Of a stretch of DNA of 64,000 nt, positions 1-12,827 are shown one piece after another (position 1 is the first letter of the stretch; each line of letters starts with the position of its first letter). The notes beneath the pieces were generated by a model. That model saw nothing but the letters and a program-made list of their open reading frames with translations. It made no database searches and had not been told where the DNA came from. Source of the DNA: Carcharhinus longimanus (taxonomy: Eukaryota). Where the stretch lies: NCBI GenBank assembly GCA_030264375.1, contig JASCQW010000081.1:44199521-44263520 (forward strand), in the 5' to 3' direction. The position numbers and the translations under genes were made by a program.

Positions 1-1096
1 GTTATAAAACAGTAACCAAAAATTGTGAGAAAAGTTCTATTCACTGGCACCCCCATCTCATTGCTGAAACCCAGCTTTAATTTTTGTGGCACCAATTCCA
101 TCGTCTGGAAATGAAGTGGTGCATTAGGAAAAGCAGAGTTGCTAGCAGGGCTTAGATAATGAATGCAGTTTCATTGTATGTTACCGTCCCCAGGATACTG
201 CATAAAAGTGGACGATATCTTCCAAATTTGGGGGGACCAATTAAATTGTTAAATCAATTAAGTTATCTTTTGTGTGTTTTCTTTAATTTATAAATTATGC
301 TATTTATCTCATGGTAATCCAAAACAGCCAACTCAATGAGTTAGACTCATGTGCAAAACAGGAGGGCCGGGAACTCCACTTGCATTAATATATCAGAAAT
401 ATTATTTCTAACAGTTTTGTCACTAGATATCTATAAAAATCACAATTCATTTTAAAAATCGATTTTTTTTCATCAGTTGAACTTCCTAATGCTCATAGTA
501 AAGGCTGATATGAAAGGTAAAATAAAAGAAATGTCAAAGTAAGTACATACTTCAGAATGATACAAAATATATCCAATGAATTGACTTGTCTTTTAATGCC
601 TTCATCACTTGAAGGTCTCAAGGTCTCTGAAAATCCTTGGTTTGGTTTTGATAGTTTTGCTAACAGCGGCCCTAAATCAGTGAATCAAATTGGAATTGTG
701 CAGTTTAAACATTGTTGAACATAGTAATTTTCTAAGGTGTATCAGTGGCACTCATTTATTTATACAGACTTTAGCTTCTAGCAAACTCTACTCAGTAATT
801 TTAATCCCGCCCCCCCGCTAGTGATTTTGGAAATAAAACAATAGATGTCAGGAGGTTTTATTAAGGCAAAGGTTATATTNNNNNNNNNNNNNNNNNNNNN
901 NNNNNNNNNNNNNNNNNNNNNNNNNNNNNNNNNNNNNNNNNNNNNNNNNNNNNNNNNNNNNNNNNNNNNNNNNNNNNNNNNNNNNNNNNNNNNNNNNNNN
1001 NNNNNNNNNNNNNNNNNNNNNNNNNNNNNNNNNNNNNNNNNNNNNNNNNNGGAGGTTTTATTAAGGAAAAGGTTATATTTTTCCTAAATCTCCTGT

Positions 1097-1274
1097 GGGT
1101 AAGATTTTCCACATGCCCAATGGCGTGTTTTTCAGAGATGGCCAGCCATTGGGCAGTGGCAGGATCTTTTGGACCCATCGCTGTCAACAGGATTTCCTAT
1201 TGCTCGCACCCTCTGCTGCTGGGAAATCTGTGGAGGGTTTCATTGTTGGCGAGATTGGCTGGAAAATTCCAGCC
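1097..1274. mobile_element. Short non-autonomous DNA transposon (MITE, Harbinger-like TIRs)
   Basis: Imperfect terminal inverted repeats GGGTAAGATTTTCC ... GGAAAATTCCAGCC bounding a GC-richer island in AT-rich DNA. Confidence 0.55.
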
Positions 1275-2199
1275 AAATGTGAGAGAGAATAAGAAAAATG
1301 ACTTCTAATTGATATTTGTATCTTTTGTTTCTATAATCTTAAAGTGCAGTAAAGCGAGTGATACTTATATAACTAATTAATAGTGTTTTGTTGAAAGTTG
1401 GAAAAGGTAATTACTGATTTCTACCTGTGAATCAGAGATACTAATTGCTAGCACTTTTGACAAAGACAGGCACGTGCACCTCATTTTAATTTGACATGAT
1501 GTTGTAAAAGCAAATGTATCAATTTTGAAAGCCTCTTTGAAAGAGCCAGATATTAAGGGTGAGAGAGAAGACAGCAGGCTGAAAATAAATGCATCACTGA
1601 CTGCTTGAAAGCAGCCATATGAGAAAGTAACTCGGAGTAGTAGAGAGGAGATGTAAGTTAAAGGATGAGGCGAATGATAACAGGGCGATGTGGGAAAGAT
1701 ATACTGATTAAATAGATAGTTCAAAAAGGATGGACTGGAGGCAGTGATATGAGATATAAGGGTAGTAGTAAGGAGATAGTAGATTAAGTGAAGGGGAAGA
1801 GGTCATGATGGAATGTTTACCTGACCTGTGCATCCTAGTTGGGTCGACATGTTTCTCTCCTGGATGCTGTGTTCATTTATAAGGCTGCCTAGAGTCTCTA
1901 AACAGAAGTTAGAATCCAGAATTATGGTGGGAGTCCACCAAAACTGCCAAGGCTTTGTGGCCTCACTGTCTATATGGCTAACCACAATTAGAAATATGAT
2001 TCTGTCAAATGGCCTATTCAGCCTGCCCTGCGATTTTGTTACTCATAAAATATATTTAATGTGAATTCGAAATAGTTATTTCCATACTCATTACTGCCCT
2101 TGGTTCCAAATAGGTGAGTTCCTCCTTTTAAATGTGTAATTTATTTTGCATCTAAGATCCTTGGGATTGTGCACTCTACATGATCAAAATTTTCTGGTT

Positions 2200-2440
2200 G
2201 TTTTCCTTGTTTAATTTGTTCATGTTTTAAGAATAGGTTCCATTGTTCTAAGCTCCCCTAGAGAGAAGGCTTGTTTTCTATTTAACCTGTTGATCCTCTT
2301 CATTATTTTAAGCATCTCAATCAGATTATCCTTTTATTCCCTCTGTGCATTATAAAACAAAATTATCCAGTTTATCTTTATAGCCAAGCTCTTTCATCAC
2401 AGGTTCCATGATACTGATTAATCGTTGAACTTTCTGTGAC
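2200..2440 (-). mobile_element. Old CR1 LINE 3' fragment
   Basis: Degenerate reverse complement of CR1 ORF2 3' region (cctcttcattattttaagcatctcaatcagattatcc). Confidence 0.45.
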
Positions 2441-2622
2441 GAAAATACAAAGTAGATTTCCCATGAACTTTTTACAGAGTGGTGAAGATGTGTGAATGGC
2501 AAATACAGTACATCTCAGGCAGAGACGGAATTTCTTAACCATGGGTCATAAAGCACTTCCAGACCCCTGTTTACTCTTTGGAATGAGATTAGGGAGCAGG
2601 AATAGGAGCATAGCTTCAGAGA

Positions 2623-2830
2623 GGGTGGCACAGTGGTACAGTTGTTAGCACTGCAGTCTTACAGCACTAGGGACCCAGGTTCAATCCCAGTGATTGTGTG
2701 TAGTTTTCACGTTCTCCCTGTGTCCGTGTGAGTTTCCCTCAGGTGCTCCAGTTCTTCCCACAGCCCAAAGATGTGCAGGTGAGGTAGATTGACCATGATA
2801 AATTGCCCCTCAGTGTCCTATGTTGTGTGA
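2623..2830 (+). mobile_element. HE1-type V-SINE (tRNA-derived head plus V domain), 3' degraded
   Basis: A-box-like tggcacagtgg, B-box-like ggttcaatccc, V-domain gttctccctgtgtccgtgtgagtttccctcaggtgctccagtt; homologous to 22514-22870. Confidence 0.85.
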
Positions 2831-4552
2831 GTTAGATGGAGTGGCTGCTAGCATCTGGAGGTTTTTGGATGGGAATGTTCTTTGAAAATGTAGAGCTTCA
2901 TTTTTTTCCATTTTCATATTGCTATAGGGACTTCATCTAATCCCTAGCACTTGTGATTGGTAAATACTAATTGGTACTCTAATGACACTCCATCCCCTCC
3001 TTCCCTACTTCACTGTGTACCTCCTGCACCCCCCAGCCACAACTTTCCAGTGTTTGGGCCACTCTTAGTGAGGCAAATGATCTGACATTCAACTTTATAA
3101 AAGAGGCAGGCTTGTGGAAACATGACAGGTACCTGCTGATTTCCCAAATCAAGCAACTGATGCTCAAGGACCATGGACCAATTTTGGAGTTTACTCCCCC
3201 CCCTTTCCAGATGAAGACATATGTTGTCACTGCCCTCTAGTTATCTGGATCTGAAAACAGTTGATGGCCTGTTTCAATGTCGATAATTCGTGAATGCAGC
3301 CGAAGATGTCACACCTTTACATTTACCCAATATTAACTACTGTGATTTATTATATCTCCTCATGGAGAGAATTATTATTTCAAGCAATGCTTCAGGTAAT
3401 GGCATACACTTTAATTGAACTGTTCACTAATGGTATATGTTCAAGGTCATTTATGCTGCTGGTGCTTTTCACTGTGTGTAGTCATTTACTTGCAATTCAC
3501 TTTTTTTGTATTGCACAACCAACTTGGAAAAAACAATCAGTTAGGAAACTGATGCTATTCAGGCAGCCATATCTAATGTTGAATTAGCCAATTACTGCAG
3601 CAATGGTTTCAGCAAGGGGCAATAAAAAAAGCAACAGCAGGCCATTTGGGTGGTTCAACTTCTAACAATTGACATTGTATTGTCTGTTTGCCTTAGAGCA
3701 TGTTGGAGGTATTGCACAATTATTTTCTCACAGTTCAGCCGTCATGTTAATCAGCCTTTCAAGAGTTTGTCTGCATGATTTACTTTCATATAGCCACATA
3801 CTGTTCCTTTTTTCCTGCATTCTCACTCTGACAGCATTAGTACTCACTACACCATCTGCTACAAATCTATGAAGCAGCTCACCACACTCACATTTTCATT
3901 CATTTTACTGATCTATGCACTCTTATTGCTTAGTCTTATACAATCATTGCTCCTTAATGCATTCTTCTATTTTACAATTTGGTCCTTTATTTACACTTCT
4001 CAGCATTTGAAAAAGATATACTATCCTCTAGCTTCATTTTATTTCATGCAGCTATGTCTAACATCCCTTATATATTTGGTCTGTTTCTTCTGTGTAGTCA
4101 TTTAGAGATGTTCTGGATGGAGTGAAGTGATGCTGGCATAACTTTTCCCCTGTTGTCACATCTCTTGGTTGGTCGCGACAAGATGTATATTCTTGGAGGG
4201 ATTGTTTTTTAATCCCTTTTCGGTGTTTTGAATTTTAATAATAGACACTAAAAAAGGGTTTCTGGTGACTTTAAATCAGAAGAAAAGATAAGCATTTATT
4301 CGCAGAACACCAGGAAAGTAAATGCAAAGTAAAACTCACGGATAAAATGAGACTTACAAATGATTTGTGCACTTAAATTACTAACAGAGAAACAACAAGA
4401 AAACAAGTTATGTGTTCAAAATAGATCTTTAAGACAAATTAATTGCTGACCTGGATGGAGTCCTATTTCATTTCTTTTGAAGATGAATGGAAGTTGGAAC
4501 TCTCAGGTTTTCATTCAGAGTTGTGGTTAAGCTTCTGTAGGAAAAGCAATTT

Positions 4553-4620
4553 GTTTTATTCTTTCATGGAATGTGGGCATTGCTGGCCAGGTCAGCATTT
4601 ATTGCCCATTCCCAGTTGCC
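4553..4620 (-). mobile_element. LINE/SINE 3' tail fragment (same tail as 10223-10560 and 41081-42265)
   Basis: gctggccaggtcagcatttattgcccattcccagttgcc is the reverse complement of the GGGCAATTAGGGATGGGCAATAAATGCTGG-type tail. Confidence 0.6.
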
Positions 4621-5115
4621 GTGGAGTAGGTGGAGGATTCAGATATCTCCTCTGACAAAATGGAATGAATAGATAATGCTGATGATGAGGGAGTGGATGT
4701 GCTGATGACAGCAGATGCCAGGACGATGGTGTGATGTGACAGAAAGGCTGATGACCCCCTCATTGTCACCAGATTCGTGACTGAGTGAGGTGTCGTAACA
4801 TCTCTACGCCATTATAGGTTATCAACATCTGGTGTCTAGGAGCCTGGGGTTCTGTCATGTGTGATGATATCTTTGCTTCATTCCATTGTATTTTAGTTTT
4901 AGGAGCTACATTTTAGGAGCTGCTGGTATTAGGATGTGCATGTGCTAATCTGAAATAAAACACACCTTACTGGCACTAGATGTACAGTCAGTACCAGCAG
5001 ACAGGAACACTACCTGCATAACAATGTACATTATCACAGACTCTGGCATCTGAAAGGAAGATTGCTGCAGCACCATTTGTCTTGGCACAAGTAAGCCTGT
5101 ATGTATGCTTGGAAG

Positions 5116-5822
5116 TGTGATGATATCGTCGTATTGATATATTTTATGGTTGAGGGGAATATTTCAATATTCAGTTTTTTTTACAGGCATCGGTATGTTT
5201 AGAAGATATGCTGGTCAGATGCTGGGAAAGGAAGATAATTACTCATTTTAACCATGCAGTGTTTATTTAGGAAAGAGCTAATGGATTTTTGTTTATTGAT
5301 ATAAAGGTCTCCTGGAGATTTTGATTAAAGGAATAGAAACTGAAGTTTTTGTTTAGGTATACAAGGTCATGTGAAAATGTGGTTAATGGGAAGAGCTGGT
5401 TTATAGCAGAGAAATGGTTTTCAGTTTCTGGCTGGAGGTTATTTAAAGACAAGTCTGCAAGCTGCCCTAAAAAGCAGAACCCCTCTGAAAGCTTCAAGGG
5501 TGTTAACCCAATTTCTAGCAAGCATACCTGGGTTTGCTAACTGTATTTACAGTGGTATCAGAGTCTAAGAAGATGGTTGCTTATTTGGAACTGAAATAGT
5601 GATATTAGAAGTTAGAGTTGTTTCCTTTTTCTATTGTTTGACCATTAAAAGTTAAGCTGTTCCATTTTGTTGGAGTTATATTTAAACTGTGTTATGAATA
5701 AAGCTTGTTTTGATAAAAGATCCCTAAATTGCTTCGGAATTACTTATGCCAAAATAAAAAAATTGTTGAGATCTAGTCTGACTCCATAACATACCTTGGG
5801 GTTCAGGTTCAGGACCCTAATA
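5116..5822 (+). mobile_element. Putative solo LTR (Gypsy-like)
   Basis: Starts TGTGA, ends CTAATA (degenerate ..ACA), AATAAA near 5697, near-matching 4-bp flanks gaag/gagg; shares motifs (gtcatgtg..taatgggaagagct, ttgctaactg, ttggaact) with 53370-54126. Confidence 0.5.
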
Positions 5823-6290
5823 GAGGCCGCATCCACTTTTAATATAGCACTCAACAAATAGGGGCAATGCTTCTCAAAGAATTCTATCATGCGGAACTAG
5901 CAAGACATACAATGTCTTGCCTGCAGATACTGTCCAGATAGCAGTAGGCTTATAAATGGATAAACACAATTTGCTGCATTGCCAGATGCATTCCAAGCTC
6001 CTGACTTTACAAATGATGCACTAGGTTTAATCCTACATATGTCGAGATACTCAGAGATACCACTGCTGACAATGTGACTCAATAAATGGTGAATCTTTAG
6101 ACCTATGTCATCCAAAGCTGATCAGAAACAAAGTGCAATGCCCTTCAATGTATGCAACCATAGCAGCAGCCAGGATTATAATAAAAATACAATATAGGTG
6201 AATTAAATGAAACTAATCAAATATTTACAAGTGTGATTCATATATGTGGTGAATAGACAATTGTGCATTTCTAACTTCTTAATCTTTCTT

Positions 6291-6372
6291 TTCCTACTAT
6301 GATGCCTAGCTGCAGTCCTGACATCCACATCTATGTGGATGTCAGGACTGCAGCTAGGCATCATAGTAGGAA
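6291..6372. repeat. Perfect inverted repeat: 40-bp arms, 2-nt loop
   Basis: 6291-6330 ttcctactatgatgcctagctgcagtcctgacatccacat; 6333-6372 is its exact reverse complement. Confidence 0.98.
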
Positions 6373-6449
6373 TCTATCACATCCACATCATCTATGTGGA
6401 TGTGGGGATGGCCTGCTGATATGCTTTACCTTGTTGATTGAGATCAATA

Positions 6450-6512
6450 TTGAACTAAGATCCCTGGTGCTGTGAGGCAGCAGTGCTAACCACTGTGCTA
6501 GTGTACCACCCC
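6450..6512 (-). mobile_element. V-SINE 5' (tRNA head) fragment
   Basis: ccctggtgctgtgaggcagcagtgctaaccactgtgc is the reverse complement of the SINE head. Confidence 0.8.
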
Positions 6513-6529
6513 TAGCTTTGCAAAGCCAT

Positions 6530-7070
6530 CAGGTTTCTGAATCCAGAGGCTCATCATCTGGATGGGGCTCAGCATGAATTGGTCTCCAACAGTCCTCTGA
6601 GTGTAAGAGATCTCAGCTGTTCCATTTTCTGTCAGCTACAGGCATGTATTTAATGTGCTTATTGGATTGTGACCCTGAGTTTAATCTGGAATGAATATTC
6701 ACTGAGGTGAATATCTCTGCCTGGGTGGAGGGTAGAGGGGAATGCCATGATTGTGTTTCCTCCGAGGGTTCCAAGCCACCCTCAGGGGTGGTGTTCATTG
6801 TGGAGATGGAGCTGCAGGAAGGCTGTCTCCTCCTACTTTTTAACTTGCTGTGGGAACCTGCAGTGAAGGACAAAAAGAATTAGCTGGTGGTGATGCACAA
6901 TTGCTTCTCTGAACAATGTTTCAGATGTTACTCCTGTCTGTCCATTTGTCAACAGCAGACTGGAGGCATCCTCATTAGATTATTGAGGAACTCCAGTCTC
7001 CCCAGCTGTGGCTTAGCCTCACTGTCAATTTCTCATCAAAGTGGATTAGAATTCATATGTCTGGGACACT
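6530..7070 (-). pseudogene. Harbinger Myb/SANT-like accessory gene relic (exons 2-3)
   Basis: Minus-strand EETQSWHSPLPSTQAEIFTSVNIHSRLNSGSQSNKH aligns by eye with IEAVSQLSPAPSTSTDTHFSVGISSRQASGSLTGEH at about 46160-46270; acceptor ctaattctttttgtccttcactgcag; upstream PDI*ILIHFDEK resembles exon 2. Confidence 0.6.
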
Positions 7071-7416
7071 TACATCAGTCTTTGAGTGCTCCTGCCTGCT
7101 ATGAATGTTTTTTATTCCCCCAGACAGACAGAATGATAGAGTGTCAGCCCAATGGGTGCATAACTACTTTGAGAAAATGTCTGTGACAGCTCCTGAGCCC
7201 TCCCCAGTTAATGTTTGACACCCCACTGTCCTGCAACTGGTACAACATTCACAGCATGAAGTAACTCTCACACATTCAGTCCAAACGTTTCATCTGCAGC
7301 TGAGGGCAGCAAACCAAACTCTTGTCTGATATTCTGATATTCCTCTGAAATCTCACAGTTACACTACTTGATGCCCTTACACATGTTACTTTGCAGTGAC
7401 TACTACACAGATGAGA

Positions 7417-8919
7417 GTGTGTAAAATCGCCAGCATTAATGCATCCCTCCCCAGTGAGCTTAATGCATTATATGCCCGTTTTGAGCAAGAGGTCAGTGAG
7501 AGCACGCCTTCCACCCTGGAAGCCTCAGAAGAATCTTTATTTGAAACCACCATTGCAAACATCAGAGCAGTCTTCTCGAAAGGCAACCTACGGAAAGCAA
7601 CTGGTCTCGGATGGGGCACCTGGATGAGTGCTCAGCTCCTGAGTGGACCAGCTGGCTCGGATATTCACAGACATCTTTAACCTCTCTTCATACCAATCTG
7701 AGGTCCCTAACAACTTCAAAAAGATGACCAAAATCCCCTTACCGAAGAAAAGCCAGGCAGCGTGCATTAATGTTTATCATCCAGTGGCTCTGACATCCAT
7801 CATTATGAAGTGCTTCGAAAGGTTAGTCATGGCATGAATCAGTACCAGCCTCCTAGGTTGCCTGGATCCACTACAGTTTGCCTACTGCTGGAATAGGTCC
7901 ACAGCAGACGCCACCTCCCTGGCCCTACTCTCAACTGTGGAACACCTTGACAACAAAGACTCCTATTTATTGACTACAGATAAGCCTTCAATATCATTAT
8001 TCCTACAAAACGCATCTCCAAACTCTGTGGCCCAGGATTTGGCTCCTCCCTGTGCATCTGGATCCTAGACTTCCTAATCCAAAGACCACAATCAGTAAGA
8101 ATAGGCAACAACACCTCCTCTATGATCATCCTCAATACTAGCGCCCCACAAAGCTGTGTTCTTAGCTCCTTACTATATTCCTTATACACCTATGACTGTG
8201 AGACCGATTTTCAAGTTTGCTGATGCCACCAACATAGTGGGGCAGATCTCAAACAATGAAAAGAGTGAGTAGAGGAAAGAGATAGAAAATCTGATGAGCT
8301 GGTGCAACAACAATACTGTTTCCCTCAATGTTAACAAAATAAAGGAGAGGAGATAGTAATTGAATTCAGAAGCAGAGTGGAGGACATGCCCCTGTACATG
8401 AATGGGAGTGAAGTAGAAATCATTGAGAGCTTCAAGTTATTAGCTTTAAGTCCAGATCACCAACAACCTGCCCTGATCCCTCCATGCACATGCTGTAGTT
8501 AAGAAAGCCCACCAACGCCTCTACTTTCTCAGGATGCTAAGGAAATTTGGCATGTCCACTCTGACTCGCACCAACTTCACCATAGATGCGCCATAGAAAG
8601 CAATCTTTTCAGCTGTATCATAGCTTAGTCTGGCTCCTGCTCTGTCTAAGACCATAAGAAACTACAAAGGGTCGTGAGCGAAGCCCAGTCCATCACGCAA
8701 AGCAGCCTCCCATCCTTTGACTCTGTCTGCACTTCCGGTTGCCTTAGAGAAGCAGCCAGCATAATTAAGGACCCCACGCACCCCAGATATACTCTCTTCC
8801 ACCTTCTTCCATCGGGAAAAAGATACAAAAGTCTGAGGACACGTACCAAGTGATTCAAGAACAACTTCTTCCCTGCTGCCATCAGACTTTTGAATGGACC
8901 TACCTTGCATTAAGTTGAT
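7417..8919 (+). mobile_element. Rex1/Babar-type non-LTR retrotransposon, 5'-truncated, RT ORF disrupted
   Basis: NASLPSELNALYARFEQ, DQLARIFTDIFNLS..VPNNFKKMTKIPLPKK..YHPVALTSIIMKCFERLV, APQSCVLSSLLYSLYT, KFADA; multiple stops and frameshifts; runs into N gap. Confidence 0.9.
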
Positions 8920-10222
8920 NNNNNNNNNNNNNNNNNNNNNNNNNNNNNNNNNNNNNNNNNNNNNNNNNNNNNNNNNNNNNNNNNNNNNNNNNNNNNNNNN
9001 NNNNNNNNNNNNNNNNNNNATGGAACGGGCACAGTTGTGAGGCCTGTCAACAATTTTGGAGGTCGGGGATGGGGTGGGGTAGGGGAAGGAGTGGCCAGAA
9101 GGGGATGTAACAGTAGGAGATGGGGGAATCCTCAGTTGAGGAGAAAAAAGGCATACCAGAAGTGCCAATGTGCAGGTTGCATCATCAGAATAGGCTATGT
9201 TGCTAAGCTGTAATTTGGCTGGCTATTTTATCGCTTTTAACTACTTTTAGGATAAATGAGACTTCCATTTATCACAATAAAAAGGAATATGGAAATCCCT
9301 CGCTTAATATGCATGTGATGTCTGCTCTTTAATGAAATAGACACTGTATTAAATGTTTCAAAGAGATATTGTTAGGATGACATAACATGAGATATTCTTT
9401 CATCAGCAGTAGTCTGTCACCCTGATCCTATATTCATTCTGTTCGAATTGTGTGTTTAGTTCTAATTCAACCAGGTAATTATCTGACACAAACAGTACGA
9501 CACAGTGCCATTGTGTTCTGCTTAATTGCTTTTGTATTTTCAGTCATTAATTTCTGCAATCATTACACGTAAAAGCTAAATGAACAAATTCTTGCCTCTC
9601 CTTTCCTTGTACTGTGTGGTTAGGAAGCGAGCTCTGATGTGTCTCATGTTCTTTGTTTGCAGGAGCCTCAGCATCTAACCTCCGGGTACAATGGGCAAAG
9701 TAGGTCACCTTTTACTCTTGTCTTTAAAGGCAAATTAATGCTCTTGTCTGTAATTAAACTTAATATTGGAATGTTAATTACATGGTGCAGACGCTTAGAA
9801 GATGGAAGAATAATTTCCTGATGATAAAGTATTCTGTGTTGTGGCACATTGATAGGAGAATTTCAATGGGAATCACAACAGCTGTAGATAGGCCCTATGT
9901 AAAAATAACAAAGATGTGACACTCCAAATGCCTGCTTCTTTCCAGAGCACTGTGATGTACAGGAAAAACCTCCTACAAAGTCTGCACCACAGAAATCGTG
10001 AGTACCCTGGGCTGAATTTTTTTTTCTTTTAAAATAAAGCTCGCCACTTTCTCGATGGCTGTTTGAGAGTGTGATGATCTCATCAGTATGTTGCAGAAGT
10101 ATTGAAGGTTGACTAGGGCTTGTGATCCTGAGGAGTGAAGGAGTCAATGTGTTGTGCTCATGCTAGGCCCCTTTTAGTAAGACTGCATCTGAGCATCTGA
10201 GGTCCAATAACCCAATCTACAA

Positions 10223-10560
10223 GCTAGGAATCCAAAGACCCAGGGTAATTCTCTGGGAACCTAAGTTCAAACCCTGCCATGGCAGCTGTTGAATTCAATA
10301 AAAATCTGGAACTGATGACCATGAAATCATTGTTGATTGTTGTAAAAAAAAACATCTGGCTCCTTAATGTCCTTAAAGGAAGGGAATTTGGTGCCCTTAC
10401 CTGGTCTGGCCAGACTGAAAATCCGCATTAATGTAGTTGACTCTTAAAAAATACCTTCTGAAATGGCCAAGCAATCCATTCAGTTCAAGGGCAGTTAGGG
10501 ATGGGCAATAAATCCTGGCCCAGCCACTGATGCACACATCCCTTGAACAAATAAACAAAA
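10223..10560 (+). mobile_element. tRNA-derived SINE with LINE-derived tail (third SINE family)
   Basis: B-box-like agttcaaacc, body ccttacctggtctggcc..gttgactcttaa..ctgaaatggcc, tail gggcagttagggatgggcaataaatcctggc and A-rich end. Confidence 0.75.
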
Positions 10561-10594
10561 AATGCCAGTGTTCACCATATCCTTCCATTCCATA

Positions 10595-10958
10595 CTGCCT
10601 CCTTTCCATTCCCTAGAAGATTTCCTTCCCATTGCCTCAGAAAAGAAGCCAGCAAAATTAAGGACTCCACGCACGCTGGACATTCACTCTTCCATTTTCT
10701 TCCATCAGAAGAAGACACAAAAGTCTGAGGTCATATGCCAACTGACACAAGAACAACTTCTTCCCTGCTGCCATCAGACTTTTGAATGGACCTACCTTGC
10801 ATTAAGTTGATCTTTCTCTACACCCTAACAATGAATGTAACATTACCTTCTGCATTCTCTCCTTTCCTTCTTTATGTACAGTATGCTTTGTCTGTAAAGC
10901 ATGCAAGAAACAATACTTTTCACTATATACTAATGCATGTGACAATAATAACTCAAAT
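10595..10958 (+). mobile_element. Rex1-type 3' fragment including 3' UTR
   Basis: Shares identical aagaacaacttcttccctgctgccatcagacttttgaatggacctaccttgcattaagttgat with 8857-8919; ends catgtgacaataataactcaaatc. Confidence 0.9.
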
Positions 10959-12827
10959 CGGTGTCACTTATCCTTATGGAATGCAGCCGGTCATTCATTC
11001 TCTACCTGCACCGGACCCCAATTCTGCTGTGGGCCCATCGCCGCTAACTTGAGCTGCTACCTCCAGCCAGGCTGCCTTAATCAGACTGAGGGCACCCTGC
11101 CTCCATCCCTAGGAAACAGGGCCTCCTGTCTTTCTCTCAGGCAGCCTGGAGAAGAATCTGCAGTAAAGTATCTCTAAACCATGAGGTCACCCATTGTCTG
11201 CTCTGAGACATCATTCTGATAGCAGTAGTTGGTTTCTCATGGATTTGAAAGTTTGAAAGATTCTAACATTAGCTATCGGGTCAAAACCTCCAGTCATAGC
11301 CAGACTGATGTCCTGGCTTGCGAGGGATGAATGCCTGTCCGGGTGTCCTTTAATTATGGTACCTGGACCATTAACCTTTTAAGATAATGGCAGGAGCCTC
11401 AACCTCCTGACCGCTCCTGTTGCATGATTTGCTCTGCTCCTCAACCTTACATAGCTAATTGGCTGCCTATCTTGTGGTTACAGCCAGCCAGGCAACCCAT
11501 CCCTGTCCAGAGGTATTGCTCACTTCCTGTCCTGCTGCTGACAACAACACCAGTACTAGAAGATTCGCATCTTCACCTTTGATCAAGAAGCATTTTCACA
11601 CATTGTGTTCCCAATTTCAGAGATTAAGCCCATTCACCTGACATCGGGTGTAATCTAGTGTCGGTCAGGCAGCAGGTTCAGCCTGCTATGCCAATGTAGT
11701 TTTGAGATAGAATTTCATTATGAATGTTTGGCTGAGCTCAATAATGGATCCAGCCCTTTGGGGAACATTTACACAGTAGCAAAATGGATTGCTAACTTAA
11801 TTGACAGTTTTTCTGAGCTTGTATTAAGTTTATCTTTCTTTGAGCAATTTTTCAATGTCTGTTTATTTGGACCAGATTAAGAGATGTTAGATGGATTAAA
11901 GCTTGTTCATTGGGATATAAATAGCTGTGTTTGATTAACAGTCTTATGAGCTTATAAGAAAGGCAACTATTTTGAATGGCTGGAATGTTTTTAATCTTTT
12001 TAATCTTTTGAACATTTCAAACACTTACAATGTTATTATGTGGTTCATTCATTCTGTATCTAAGGGATACTGAGAAGAGTGCTTCAAGTGGTCAGGAAGT
12101 GTCAAAACATTAAATCTATGTGAAAAACAAATGACTGCATTCCCTCTATTCATTTGTATTTGATTTTTATGCTGTTGAATGCAGAAGAGGGCTTTATCCA
12201 TAGATGAAGTACTCTAATGCATCTCAACCCTTAGAGTGCTTGTCAATTTAATGGTCTCCTGCCTTTCAAGGACAGGCAGTGACCAATCACTGCATCAATA
12301 ACATATTTAACTTTGCAGCATATAGTTATAATAGTTGAAGTTGACAACAGCTTTAAAACTCACCTGTCAAAATGACCCAACTCCACAGGACGTTTCCCCT
12401 AACATTCACAACCTGACTTACCTGGAATGCTTCCACAGCCTTTAGAAACTTATCTATCACAATGAAAAAAACAATCTAAAGGCAAATTGTACTTGAAGCA
12501 AGCATTTAAATAGCAAATCCAATGTCACTTATGCCATGTGTCAGGTTACGGTCCACCATGTTTTCCAACATGGGAAAATGGCAGGCAGTGGAAATGATTT
12601 TAAATTTGGGGCCCTCACACCTCACATCTGTTCCTACCAGAAAATCCAGCTCCAGAAAGCATTAATTTGTTTCTCCGTCTGGTTGTATGTGATGTTGGCA
12701 ATGTGTGGATACCTTATTGCATTACAATATTGCCTGTGTTCCGTATATGAAATGTTCAATTTGTATAAGCTTAGGTCTAATGATGCACATTGCCTTGAAT
12801 GAAATAAGAGACAGATCAGAATCGTAA

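Noticed and set aside
1740-1950. Possible CR1 ORF1 (esterase-like) trace
   Set aside because: Only faint GDS- and PG-like motifs across frameshifts; too degraded to support.
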